A DNA stretch of 34,577 bases from Catajapyx aquilonaris. Lineage: Eukaryota. Shown here in pieces: positions 21,293 through 31,915 of this stretch (its first letter is position 1; every line of letters begins with the position of its first letter). The notes beneath the pieces were generated by a model. It saw only the letters and a program-made list of their open reading frames with translations, made no database searches and was not told the DNA's origin. The stretch lies in NCBI GenBank assembly GCA_000934665.2, contig JYFJ02004135.1:1-34577 (forward strand), in the 5' to 3' direction. The position numbers and the translations under genes are program-made.

Positions 21293-22999
21293 TTAATATG
21301 TATGCATTTTCACAATTCCTTTATTTTGGAAACTCTCAATGATCTTTTGTGAACACTTCTGGAAGCTATCGTGCATTGTAGTTGCCCAGTCTAACACTTT
21401 ATTTCGACCTGGTGCTACACATTTCCCACCTGCATCATTGTAATCAGTCCACAACTTGTTGACTAACCTATCAAAAGCATCTCGGACTGCATAATCCAGA
21501 GGTTGCAATTTGCATGCACAGCCTTTGGGAATCACTGCTAAGTTAGTGTTGTTTTCATGAAAAATTGCTTTAACAGATTGTTCCACATGCGGTTCATAAC
21601 AGTCAACCACTAAGAGATTTGGACTCGACACGTGTTTTGTCCATACTGTGTCAATCCAGGTTTTCATGCATGTTGAATCCATCTGTCCATGCTGTTGATA
21701 CACTGCATGTATGCTACCCTTTTGCATGACATCATTTGCCTGGCCTTTTAGGATCACAAAGGGTGGAAGTGCTGTGCCATCAGCCAAACAGGCAACAACA
21801 ACTGTCACCTGGCAATTGCCCCCGCTTCGCTGCAACAAACGTTTAGAATTGGTACCATTTCCGAGGAGGTGAAGTGGAAATTCATCCATGCTACCAATGC
21901 AGTTGGGTGGGAGATTAAGCTTTGCAATCAGTTCCTGTGTTTCAGAGTGGAATGCTGCAACCTTTTGCATCATCTGGAGGGGTAGATCGGCATCACTGGT
22001 AGTGTGTTGTAGCAGCGGGTGCCTCTTGCAGAAACGAATGGCCCAACCCGGAGATGCTTTAAAATCAGACCTTTTTTTTCCAATAATACTCACTGCAAAT
22101 AACTGCAGGTCAGCATGAGTGACAGTTTCATTATTATCAAATCTGGTCAATATCCACTCTATTATTTCGTCATCGTGAGTATGGCGGCTGTGAAGCCCAT
22201 GTCGGGCAGTCCACCTCTTGTACCACCCATGTGAACACTTGATATTATCGTGACCACTTAACTTGAACAATTCACAAGCTTTTTTCTGTACCTCACTACT
22301 CTGTGGTTGATTTCCACTTTGCTCACACTGCATGTACCAAGTCCACAATTGATCTTCCACATCAGCATCAGTAACAGACCTGCCTCTGGGCTTAATCCGT
22401 CTTATGCCTGACTGAACCATGGTGTCCAAACTTTCTTCCTTTTTCATCCACTCTGACACTTGCTTTCGGGAAACTCGAAAAACACGAGAGGCTGCACTCT
22501 GGTTGTTCACTTTCGCGTAAGCAGCCACTTCAAGCTTAAACTGGGGGGGATACTGTAAATGGTGGCCATCATCGCTAAAATTGGATTCACCGCGTTTCAG
22601 CCATGTTGACAGCCATTCTGGCACTGTTTTATGACTCGTCGCTAACTGTTGCACCTCCTCTTTCACTTCATTGGCACTAACAATGTGATTATCATCTCGC
22701 ATTTCCTGCAACCATGTGATAAAAGCATGTTCAGCTGTGTTGATGTTCTTGTCTGATCCCACCTTCTGTTGATCTACTGTTCTGGTCCATTCTGACACTG
22801 TTGCTTGGTGCACCCTAAATTTTTCAGATGTATCCTTGAAGGTATGCTTCTTGGCATAATATATGACTTTTGACTTAAACTGTGGCAAGTAGCGCTTCCC
22901 CTTTCTACAACGCTTCTGCTTGCATTCTGCTGCTCCACTTCCTGTTGCGTCATCAGTGACTTGTTCTGCTCGTGTTGATGTGCTTGTGTCAATGTCCAT
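21293..22999 (-). CDS. pogo/Passer-type transposase-derived protein (POGK-like; Brinker-type DBD x2, CENP-B-type HTH x3, DDE_1 domain), probably domesticated
   Basis: Uninterrupted 568-aa ORF with strong Kozak gcaATGG. Motifs: YxPQFK...F.V....VSEW twice; E/D..L..W...K.S.GW..RF/W..RH.L type HTH units; IGSMDE, VVVACLADGTALPPFVILKG, LLVVD-x35-D (KLQPLD). Splice acceptor 6 or 19 nt upstream of the ATG; no flanking TIRs seen. Confidence 0.9.
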   Translation of the reverse strand: MDIDTSTSTRAEQVTDDATGSGAAECKQKRCRKGKRYLPQFKSKVIYYAKKHTFKDTSEKFRVHQATVSEWTRTVDQQKVGSDKNINTAEHAFITWLQEMRDDNHIVSANEVKEEVQQLATSHKTVPEWLSTWLKRGESNFSDDGHHLQYPPQFKLEVAAYAKVNNQSAASRVFRVSRKQVSEWMKKEESLDTMVQSGIRRIKPRGRSVTDADVEDQLWTWYMQCEQSGNQPQSSEVQKKACELFKLSGHDNIKCSHGWYKRWTARHGLHSRHTHDDEIIEWILTRFDNNETVTHADLQLFAVSIIGKKRSDFKASPGWAIRFCKRHPLLQHTTSDADLPLQMMQKVAAFHSETQELIAKLNLPPNCIGSMDEFPLHLLGNGTNSKRLLQRSGGNCQVTVVVACLADGTALPPFVILKGQANDVMQKGSIHAVYQQHGQMDSTCMKTWIDTVWTKHVSSPNLLVVDCYEPHVEQSVKAIFHENNTNLAVIPKGCACKLQPLDYAVRDAFDRLVNKLWTDYNDAGGKCVAPGRNKVLDWATTMHDSFQKCSQKIIESFQNKGIVKMHTY

Positions 23000-23286
23000 T
23001 GCTCTCTGCCAGTAAAGACTGTAAAGAATACCATGTTTGTAAAACTACAGTTTGACTTTTTAATGCCTCTATGACCTATGCTTGTATACCAGTGGGTGCC
23101 AAACTTGGGGCTCTGCCCCAAATGCAGGTCCTGAAAGTGACCCTCGCGTCACAGTAAGGTCAGGAGGGGATGACAACATTTTTATAATAAATGGCAAAAT
23201 TGGCAGAAATAAGCAACTTGACTGACAAAAGTCATGTCCTATATCGTCGAGAAATGTACAAAGGGCCACAATCAACAATTTTGATA

Positions 23287-23429
23287 ACTGATATTGCCCA
23301 ATAGCAGTTATTTTTGAAGCTAGTTGTGCCCTTAACCATGTGCTCCATTCTATAGCAGTAGTTATAGAATGGGGGACATGGTTAGGGGCACAAGCTACAA
23401 AAAAATAACTGCTATCGGGCGATATCAGT
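23287..23429. repeat. Hairpin element (probable MITE)
   Basis: About 67-bp arms actgatattgcccaatagcagttattttt...ccattctata / tatagaatgg...aaaaataactgctatcgggcgatatcagt with short loop. Confidence 0.8.
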
Positions 23430-23869
23430 ATATCTTCCAGAAAGACACCACCTTGGACAAGGGGTTATTCACTAAGGGTAGTCCGGGTACACTTTCGTAG
23501 GTAGTCCTGGTAGTCCAGCCTGGACTACCCAAGTAGTCCGGGGTAGTCTGTGTATGCAAAAAATGTAAGTGAATAACCCTTGTTACATGTCGGTGGATAT
23601 TTGCCCTTCTTACTTGTGCCCTATAAGGTGTGGCGTCAAAGATTAAAAGGGCGAATATGGGATATTCGCCCTTTCTCCTTACGCTGCTTTTGGATATTCG
23701 CTGGGACCACTTTCCCATACAGGCAGACTGTTCCACGTACACATCTGCCGTTTCACCAAAACATGCAGTGGGTGATGACACCTTCAGATATGCATTTAAG
23801 CCATTTTGTTAAAAATGGTCTATTCGCCCTTTCTCCTTAATGCCGACGATATGTAGAGAAGAACTAATA

Positions 23870-24450
23870 CAAGGGGCATTCGGAAAGTCTTCACACTTTA
23901 TTTTTTTGCCACAAATCCAGGGCCCTTGCAGGTCGGCAGATAGGCACACATTATCGATAGAACCCTCTTGGAGCCAAATGAACTGGCATCATAGGTATGT
24001 CAACCTCTCCAGGACCTCTAGGAACCAAGTTTTGGAGGTGCTGCGCACCCTCTCTCGGGCAACTGCTTCCTGTTCAACAACTGTCAAGAATGTCCTGGAA
24101 ATGGAGTCGGCGAAGGGTTTTTTTCATGGCTCCAGGTTTGGATGCTTCCACACCTGCTGTACTCCCCTGGCTTGGCCCCCTGTGACTTTCACCTGTTCGG
24201 ATCCATGAAAGAACCTCTTCGCCGATGCCATTTAGAGGACATTGTTGTACAGGAAGCAGTTGTCTGGGAGTGGGTGTGCTGCACCTTCGAAACTTGGTTC
24301 CTGGAGGGCCTGGAGAGGTTGACATACCTCTGATGCCAGTGCATTCGGCTCCAGGAGGGTTCTATCGATTCTGTGTGCCTATCTGCCGACCTGCATGGGC
24401 CCTGTATTTGTGTCCAAAAAGTAGTGTCAAGACTTTCCGAACGCCCCTTG
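23870..24450. mobile_element. mariner-derived fold-back element made of two inverted 3' ends
   Basis: TA TSD; about 255-bp inverted arms; centre and right arm encode LPHLLYSPGLAPCDFHLFGSMKEPLR...WFLEGLERL (YSPDLAPxD motif). Confidence 0.9.
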
Positions 24451-24745
24451 TACATGTGTGAAATTTTAACCATTTCTTTCTTTTTCTTCAACCCAAAGGT
24501 ACGAACTTTATGAAATAATAAGCCTCAATAATCCAACCTGAATGGAACAGAAAAGTGGATCACTACAAATGTCAAGTTGTACAGAAATGGTGGGTATACG
24601 GGTGTGAAACAATATAATATTGGAAGTGAATTTTAAGTATGAAATCATAGTTTATTAATACCTTTTACACAAACTTGTCACTTTGCATGGAGTCTCAGGT
24701 GGCATGCAACTTGCACTGGATGCTTGTTTTACAACCTCTGATTAA

Positions 24746-25214
24746 CCCTTAACTGCGTAGGTGGCCGAAACACCTTTAACTACGTATGTGGAGCCTGAGC
24801 GGCTCCAACGGTATATTTAAATCTCTGCTTATCAACTAATTGTTATATTGGACTTTTCACATCCAGAAAGTGCAGTTCAGATCATTAGGCTTCCGAAAAC
24901 GTAAAAATCACATGCTTAGTCATCATATTCTGACAGGGAAAAATTTTTCATTAAAAGGTTACATCATGTTGGAGCCCCTCAGGCTCAACCTACGTAGGTG
25001 GAGCCTGAGCTGATCCAGGTGGGACCTGTTCCTCGTTACGAATTTTTTTCAACCAAAGAACAGGGACTAAAAATTTTTTTTTCTCCTTTTCATGCTTAGG
25101 AAGGTTTTTCTGACAAAGTCACGGAAGGACGGGGGGAAAAAAATTTCAATGAAAAAGTTACATGCGTTTAAATAGTCGTTGGAGCCTCTCAAGTTCCACC
25201 TACGTAGTTAAGGG
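24746..25214. mobile_element. piggyBac-type MITE
   Basis: TTAA-CCCTTAACTGCGTAGGTGG ... CCACCTACGTAGTTAAGGG-TGAA; internal GGAGCC repeats. Confidence 0.82.
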
Positions 25215-25340
25215 TGAACATTATGGTAATGATGCCAGACGAAAGAGAATCGTGAAGAGCATGTTGTACGACAGTGACAGATTACAGAAAGTTGTATTAC
25301 ACTGTTGTCCAGTTAGCCTGTCCCACAACTGAATACTCAC

Positions 25341-25546
25341 CAGCTGACGTAGCGTTGCAGCGATTTACCCACTGTTACTTGGAAGCACTACTGTGTCAGA
25401 GTTACAGCGACCTGACCAACTGGGGGGAATCAAGGAAAAATGCTTATATGCGCTCTCGGTTATTCTGGACGTGTTCTGGAAAATCCAACTGCATTCGGCA
25501 TACTGGCTGCAATGCTGAAGCAGACTTCAGGTCGTGCTTCAGGCTG
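25341..25546 (-). other. Predicted non-coding 5'-UTR exon of the pogo-derived gene
   Basis: Minus strand: ctgacactaaatttctgtcctttcag acceptor ending at 25547, donor gctg|gtgagt at 25340. An upstream donor aa|gtgagt at 25638 defines a 92-nt intron. Only short uORFs; in-frame stop precedes the main ATG after splicing. Confidence 0.6.
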
Positions 25547-25599
25547 CTGAAAGGACAGAAATTTAGTGTCAGACCATTTTGGGCGCGGTTATGGGCTAT

Positions 25600-25880
25600 T
25601 CGGATACACCCGTCGCTATGTGATAGATTTGGACTCACTTTGAGTGGTTATCGTGCTGCTCTGTTCGCGGCTTTCGATCAGCTTTCGATCAGCTTTCGAT
25701 CAGCATCGGTTCGATGTTTCAGACGTGTTTCAGACTACAATGACAGAGCTTACTGTTGTGGAAATGTGGAATGAGAAAAGACGTACAGCCGGTCTGTCGC
25801 TGCCGGTGCGAGTAGTAGGCGCTAGGCGGGCTTGCATTTCGTCTGCAGCCGGTGGCGGCGCTGCAGTAGGGGGTCAGTTC
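25600..25880. promoter_or_regulatory. CpG-rich candidate promoter / first-exon region
   Basis: Local CpG and GC enrichment in an otherwise CpG-poor window, directly upstream of the predicted minus-strand donor at 25638; contains GCTTTCGATCA x3. Confidence 0.45.
25670..25704. repeat. 11-bp tandem repeat x3
   Basis: GCTTTCGATCA x3 then GC. Confidence 0.9.
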
Positions 25881-27769
25881 TTTAAAATTTATGGAAGAGG
25901 ATGTGCACATGCCATAGAGGTATTATATTGCTCAAGAATATTGCGACAGTGTCAAAATTTTCTTGAAAGTTTTGAAGTGCAATGGTGGGGTGGGGTGGTG
26001 GGGTTTGGAAATGTTAGTGTTTCCGTAATAATTACTTTTTGTGTGTGCATGCTGTGGTGCATGTAATGAAGGTAATAAAGCCTTATTGTTCTGCTTTATG
26101 CAATGTCAGAGTTGTATTGCAGATATTTTGACCTCCCAAAAATAACTTTACCAGTAGGGCTATTGATGTAACGTGCACTTTTTGTGGTAGTACGGTAGCA
26201 GAAAAAAGGGCGTACAATAACAGGAGTGAAAATGGACAAAATGTTATAAAATGTTGAAATATTGGCATTTCTTAAAACTAAAAGATATCATAATAGGGTT
26301 TTTACAGGAGTGAAAGGAAGTCCTTTTTCTATGCCATTCCAAAAATTATTTGTGTCTAGATTGGCATGGCACTGAGAATCAGATGGTTATATTTTGGTAT
26401 CATTTTTATAACCTACAAACTGTTTGCTGGTTATTCAAGCAGGTGGTTAGGCCGATCACTTTGTCAAATATACACTGCAGAATGAAGTGGTGTTTGGTGA
26501 TTAATTTGAAATCTCTATAATGAAAATTGTGGAATTTTGAAAATTATTATGAATATTTTGGAAAACAAGCGTTTTGTGTACCTATGCAGTGCAGTGGGAT
26601 GAATAGAGACATGGAAAAATATCAAGTTTTTCAATGATGTATAATATGGGATTCCATTATTTATTAATATTTAAAGCTAGCTAAGCATTGCTGCGATGAG
26701 TATTTGTTGAAATTAAGTGAATTTTGAATAGAGAAAAGCTATATTTTTTGTGTTAGGTCCACTCGAGGCTAGTCACATAGTGTACAACAGTGGGTAGGTA
26801 GGACGTTTTAATAATGTAATTTTGAATAAAACTACCAAAGGTAATAATTTGCAACTGTTTTTGCCCATCAAAGATTTCTTAAAAACCAAAATTAAGTCCC
26901 TATTAATTCCAGTTGCATGTTGAAAAAGGGACTTACATTTTACATTGAAAGACAACAAGTGTCCTTATTGTCTCCACCAGGTCTCCACCTTTGGGCTCAA
27001 TAGGGGCAGGCAACTAAATGTGTATATGTACAGTATACTGTAAGCCTACATGAAACAGGCTTACAGGGAGAGAAAAATTATGCGTGCTATCACAGGCTTA
27101 CGTTAGGCTCGGTTAGGCTTAAGGGTCAAAGATAAAATATATAATAATTTTAACATTTTTTCATTCAGTAACTACATACAAAAAAAGAAAAATGTGTCCT
27201 TATCCATCCCAATACACACTATACATTTCTTATCCTGCCATAACACCATTTCATCGTGTGTATGGGCAAGAGGCAGTTTCAACTTTTAGTTTATCGCCTT
27301 TGATGAAATTGGTATCTTAAGCCTAATTACTTAGCTAATAGCCCTTTCATATGGTTAGGAGCAAACACGGTCGGGTGCAAGATAGCACGTGATGTGCAGC
27401 CATTTTAGTTAAGAGTTTATACTCTAGCCTCATAATGACATATAATCTGTTTCTGGCAGAGTATAGCCAAATAAGTTACTAGCAGCTGTTGTGCCATAAA
27501 AATTAACCTGGTGATATATGAAATTTGCATTATAATATGAATCTCATAATTACCTTGTATATTACTGGTGCAGTTGAATAATACTGTAAGTGGCTAGTCC
27601 CTAGTGTTTGATTGGATATATGGTTTAATTATGCCATTTGCAACTGCAATGCATGCTTATTTTCTTTTGACACAGGCACACGTGTGGAATGCACAGTGAA
27701 AATAACCTCTGGTGCATGTGAAAGTGATACTCCTATTACCATCAATTATGGATTTGATGTGGTAGATTC

Positions 27770-28155
27770 CCCAGCAACACACGAACATTCAGGAATGCCC
27801 AGTCAATGCCCTGAATGTCCAGCCAATGCCCTGATTGTCCAGTGTTCAATGCCAATAATGTTCAGTGGCCATCAAATGAATGTTCATCACTGCTGGACAT
27901 TGGATGTTTATCCCTTGATCAATGTCCTCTAAGTCAAGTCAAGTCAAGTTAATGTGAGGCAGTGAACCCACAACTTAAAATAAATTAATTTCAGTAAATA
28001 TGAATCAGTCCATGGATATAATCATATAATATATTAAAATTTAACAATTAATTTTTGAATACCAATAAATTAGACATGAATGTTCACCAAACATTCACTA
28101 CAGGGCAATGGCAATTGACAGAATGACATTCACTGAACATCTGTGTGTTACCAGG
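27770..28155. mobile_element. Degenerate DNA element with CCCAGC-type end and subterminal short repeats
   Basis: cccagcaacacac..ttcaggaatg vs reverse complement cctggtaacacac..ttcagtgaatg; internal ccag.caatgccctga repeats. Confidence 0.45.
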
Positions 28156-28407
28156 TGTTACTGAGGTTATGTTCCTATTATTGTGACAGTTTAGGATGGC
28201 AGGGTGGTGTAGTGGTCAGCACCACAGCCTTTCACCTTTCAGGTGCAGATATCAATCCCCAGATCACAGGGAGGACACTTGATCATAATTATGGAAAGGA
28301 TTTCAATGGGTTCTGTATACAGTTTGTAACTAGGCTTGCATTATTTCTCATGCCTCCCTACACATAATTATGAGGAAAGGTACATTGATTGGTATGTAAT
28401 CCTACTG

Positions 28408-28930
28408 CAGGGATATTCAACTGGCGGACCGCGACGCAATTTTGTCCGGACCGCGACAATATACAGGACAGTTTGAAATAGCATGATAAATATTACCAGA
28501 TATTACTAATTCATGATTTTTTGGGAAAAAGTGCTACCAATTTCATCAAATACACACCTATTCAAATCTCCCATATCTCACCTAAGCTTCGTGTGACCTT
28601 GAACCCCAAAAAATTTCGCCTGAGGCGGGCTCGTTCCCAGCCCTTTATGGCTTGTTCACCTTTTGCTTACGAAATGGGCCCCCTCCGAAATTCTTCTGCC
28701 TACGCCCCTGTACAGGACATCGTAAAGGGCGAAAATGTCTTAATATCCCCTGTCTTGATAGGCCCTTGTACCCTTGCTGCACATGTTTATATTTTCGCAT
28801 ATGTACCCTGTGGTACCATGTAAAAACTATATATTCCCCCGGGGGGGGGGGGGGNGGGTCCGGACCTTCAATGGCCCAGGAAAGGTAAATACTGGACCTT
28901 GTCAGAAACTACCGTAGTTGAATACCCCTG
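28408..28930. mobile_element. hAT MITE
   Basis: CAGGGATATTCAACT ... AGTTGAATACCCCTG; perfect 8-bp TSD TCCTACTG at 28400-28407 and 28931-28938. Confidence 0.92.
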
Positions 28931-29432
28931 TCCTACTGTATAGTACCAAGTATAAGTGCTGATTTTAGGCTATCAAAATTTTGAACTGACTGCGGCAAGT
29001 CGTGTATTTATGGACAGGCCATATGTCACTGAATTCACAGTTGAAATAACAATCACTCGAAGAGTGTAATGATTTGACAGGTTCATAATCCTTCTATCAC
29101 TGTCTTCTTGTGCATCACCAATGGGATTGTGGATGGCAACTTAAGCTGTGCCATGTTCTAGGCAGTTGGGAACAGTATTGAATTAATAGTCATGCCATGA
29201 GAGGGTATTGATTTTATGAAACATTACTGGCACCTCTGCATATTTTATGTGCAACAGGTTCTTTTCTGCATGCAACGTGTAGTCATGCGCATTGCCTAGA
29301 CGTATGGTCAGCCTTTATTCTGGGTCTCTGGTGCACTTCCCCTGAGACACAAATTTTGATTACTCCTAGAGAATGGAACAAGGGGAACAGGAAGACATAA
29401 GTAGTGATGCATTGTAATCAGCAGATGTGACC

Positions 29433-29600
29433 ATGGAACTCTACACAAAAGGAAAGCTCAAGAATATTCTTTTTATTTTTTTTCTGTCCATGATCTTCAT
29501 TGTCATCAGCTTGATTCAGCACAGTAATTACAATGCAGACAACTTGGTTGTTTTTCTCGGCCCTCAACCAAAGATGGAAACAGAGGAGATGTTTGCACAG
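29433..29600 (+). CDS. Carbohydrate sulfotransferase (Sulfotransfer_2, CHST11-like), coding exon 1 with type II TM anchor
   Basis: accATGG start; short basic tail then hydrophobic NILFIFFLSMIFIVISLI; donor CAG|gtaagc, phase 0 into next exon. Confidence 0.82.
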
Positions 29601-29695
29601 GTAAGCTACTAGATTCAATAAGGAATTGAAAAATGGAGCAACTATTTAATGTAATGGTCAGAATTTATATTTAGCGTGATGTGCTTCAACATACA

Positions 29696-29996
29696 TAGGG
29701 TGTTTCTTGGCCCAAGTTGATGATCTATGAGGTGGGGACGGGGAAAAGATTATGAATAATTATTTTATTCTTCTTATCATTTTCCTGTCCCCAACTCTTA
29801 GATTTGAATGCAGCACAGGAGTGTCTAATAGTCACTACTGTGCTGCACTCAAAGTCCAGTCCAGACTAGGCACTAGTTTTTGGGTCTGCCTTTACCACTT
29901 TGAATTCCGGTGACTTTGTTTGCATTGCTAAATAATCCATCAACTCTTCCTGGGGTCCCTCTTTGAGTCATCAATTAGGCCTAGAAATAACCTTTA
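29696..29996. mobile_element. Degenerate Tc1/mariner-type MITE
   Basis: agggtgtttcttggcccaagttgatga vs tcatcaattaggcctagaaataacct imperfect inverted ends. Confidence 0.45.
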
Positions 29997-29999
29997 ATC

Positions 30000-30052
30000 A
30001 CCCCAAAGAGATCTCTGTCTCATCACGGGGTACGTAATAAATAATAAATAAA
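30000..30052 (+). mobile_element. 5'-truncated SINE/LINE 3' tail
   Basis: ccccaaagagatctctgtctcatcacggggta followed by (TAAA)-rich tail, similar to the tails of SINEs at 8082 and 14984. Confidence 0.55.
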
Positions 30053-30778
30053 CATTTATTTAGTATAACAGCCAGCAGAAGAAGGGCGTCAAAAGGGATA
30101 TAACCAACATATTATAGAAAGTGAAGTTTTTTTAACAACATTTCATTCATGAAGTTTACAGTATGACTAAAATTAAAGTATATAACTCCAATCACAGGAG
30201 GATCCAAAAAAGTAGTAGTTTAGAGTGGTGTCACGTTGTTAGCAGGCGTGGCGTAGTCCTAAAAGCTTCAGAATCAGGAATGCATTATGCTGAGACGGTA
30301 TTGTCATGGGCATTATGATTATATTGGATGTTTTATATATATAAAAGTGTATATTATTATGCACTACACTCTCAATTTTTAAACAAAAGACAAATATGTT
30401 TTCATAAGAGAAGCTCAGAAGTTTATTACTTTCTAGTTTTCTACCACTGTACCAAGTGTATTGTGTCAAGAGTGGCTTCTCTCAACTTATATGTTTAACT
30501 CTAGTTTAGTTGTGAAAATTATATTTTACCAAAGCAGTTTGCAGTTTTATATGATACACGCATCAGCCAAAGGGGTGTAACCCTCAAGGCATGAGATGGA
30601 ATAGTGAACTCACACTACATGTGCATTGCAGCTTTGGTTCAATATGGCATGGAACTTATTATCTCTCTAAAATTTTCCTTCATTGTTGGCTTGAACACTG
30701 GTCACAATACATGATACTAGGCAGTAAAAGAAAAGTGTTTCTAAATACCAGTACCTGTATATTAAACTGATTTTTCAG

Positions 30779-31029
30779 ATGGTGCAAAAGAGACGTCTGA
30801 AGAGAATAAATATGGTCTGTCATTTATACCATGCAAATTACTTTGACACGATGGCATATAACCGGAGTGAAATTAACATTCGCAAGGTGAAGAAGGATCA
30901 TTTTGTTAAGGATGATGCTCACCGCCTTCTCTATTGTTGGATTCACAAAGTGGCATCTACATCGTGGTTAGCCCTTTTTGCACACTTGACTAATGCAACA
31001 GGGATTTTGTTAACACAGAAATTCTATCG
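30779..31029 (+). CDS. Carbohydrate sulfotransferase (CHST11-like), coding exon 2 with 5'-PSB motif
   Basis: Acceptor tttttcag; DDAHRLLYCWIHKVASTSW (cf. YCYVPKVACTNW); donor CG|gtgggt. Confidence 0.92.
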
Positions 31030-31090
31030 GTGGGTACATTTTAACATTTGATTAAGGAAATATGGTTACAAATTTTGGTTTTGTTGGCAG

Positions 31091-31784
31091 GATGGCTGTG
31101 TTGCAACGACCGCTGAGCGATGAGGATCTTCTGGTAGCAAACGTCAAAAAGCGATACTTTACGTTCCTTGTAGTACGCCACCCTTTTGAGCGCTTGTTGT
31201 CAGCCTATCGTGACCGAATTAACCGTAACACCACATACTCATTTGCTGCATTCAGGCATGCTCCAAAAATTCTCCGTATGAGCCGCCCTGGAATTGATCG
31301 TGACAAGATCTTTCACAATCGCTCTCGAGTTCTTGCGATCATTCCAACATTTGAGGAATTTGTCCGCTATGTGATACGCTACCCAATGCAAGAATTTGAC
31401 AACCACTGGGCTCCATATTGGCGGCATTGTAGCCCATGTTCCATGAGATATGATGCTGTCTTCAAGCTGGAGACCATGACGCAGGATGCCAAATATTTTC
31501 TTCACAAAAACCATTTGACTGGAGCACAACTGGAGCATTTGCACCTGACAAATTCAGGTGCTTCAAAAGAGCACTTGCGCAAGTTTTATTCCCAAATATC
31601 TCTGAGTTTGCTCAAAGCACTGCACAGTAAATATTCATTAGACTTTCAGTTATTTGGGTATGATATTAGTGAATATCTCACATATGTAAGAAATGACACC
31701 AAACCAGCTTTTCCACTAAACAATATCCCAGTACATGTGAATGATGACAATAGTGACAGTACATCTGATCCACCTGCTGAATAA
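31091..31784 (+). CDS. Carbohydrate sulfotransferase (CHST11-like), last coding exon
   Basis: Follows a 61-bp intron; FLVVRHPFERLLSAYRD (3'-PB), PTFEEFVRY, NHWAPYWRHCSPC..YD...KLET...DA, YSLDFQLFGY; stop TAA; ATTAAA at 31825. Confidence 0.94.
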
Positions 31785-31915
31785 TAAGTGCAATATTGTG
31801 AACAAATGTTTATTTTTCTGTCTAATTAAATGTGATTTTAACATGCCTTGCCTCTGTAATATATAATTATGGGAATAATAGATTTAGTGATAGACCCAGA
31901 CAACCAGTAGAAGTA

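Noticed and set aside
21100..23300. Autonomous pogo transposon around the 568-aa ORF
   Set aside because: No matching TA-flanked TIR pair seen around the ORF; splice and poly(A) signals fit a host gene better.
23455..23840. Clustered GTAGTCC and GGGCGAATA/TATTCGCCC motifs
   Set aside because: Probably subterminal repeats of decayed DNA transposons; no ends or TSD definable. Not a CRISPR array (irregular spacing, eukaryotic context).
25274..25774. 166-aa plus-strand ORF
   Set aside because: GTG start, no recognisable domain, runs through a tandem repeat and antisense to the predicted UTR exons; likely a GC-rich chance ORF.
28195..28275. tRNA-like A box (TGGTGTAGTGG)
   Set aside because: B box degenerate and no cloverleaf; at most an old SINE head, not a tRNA gene.
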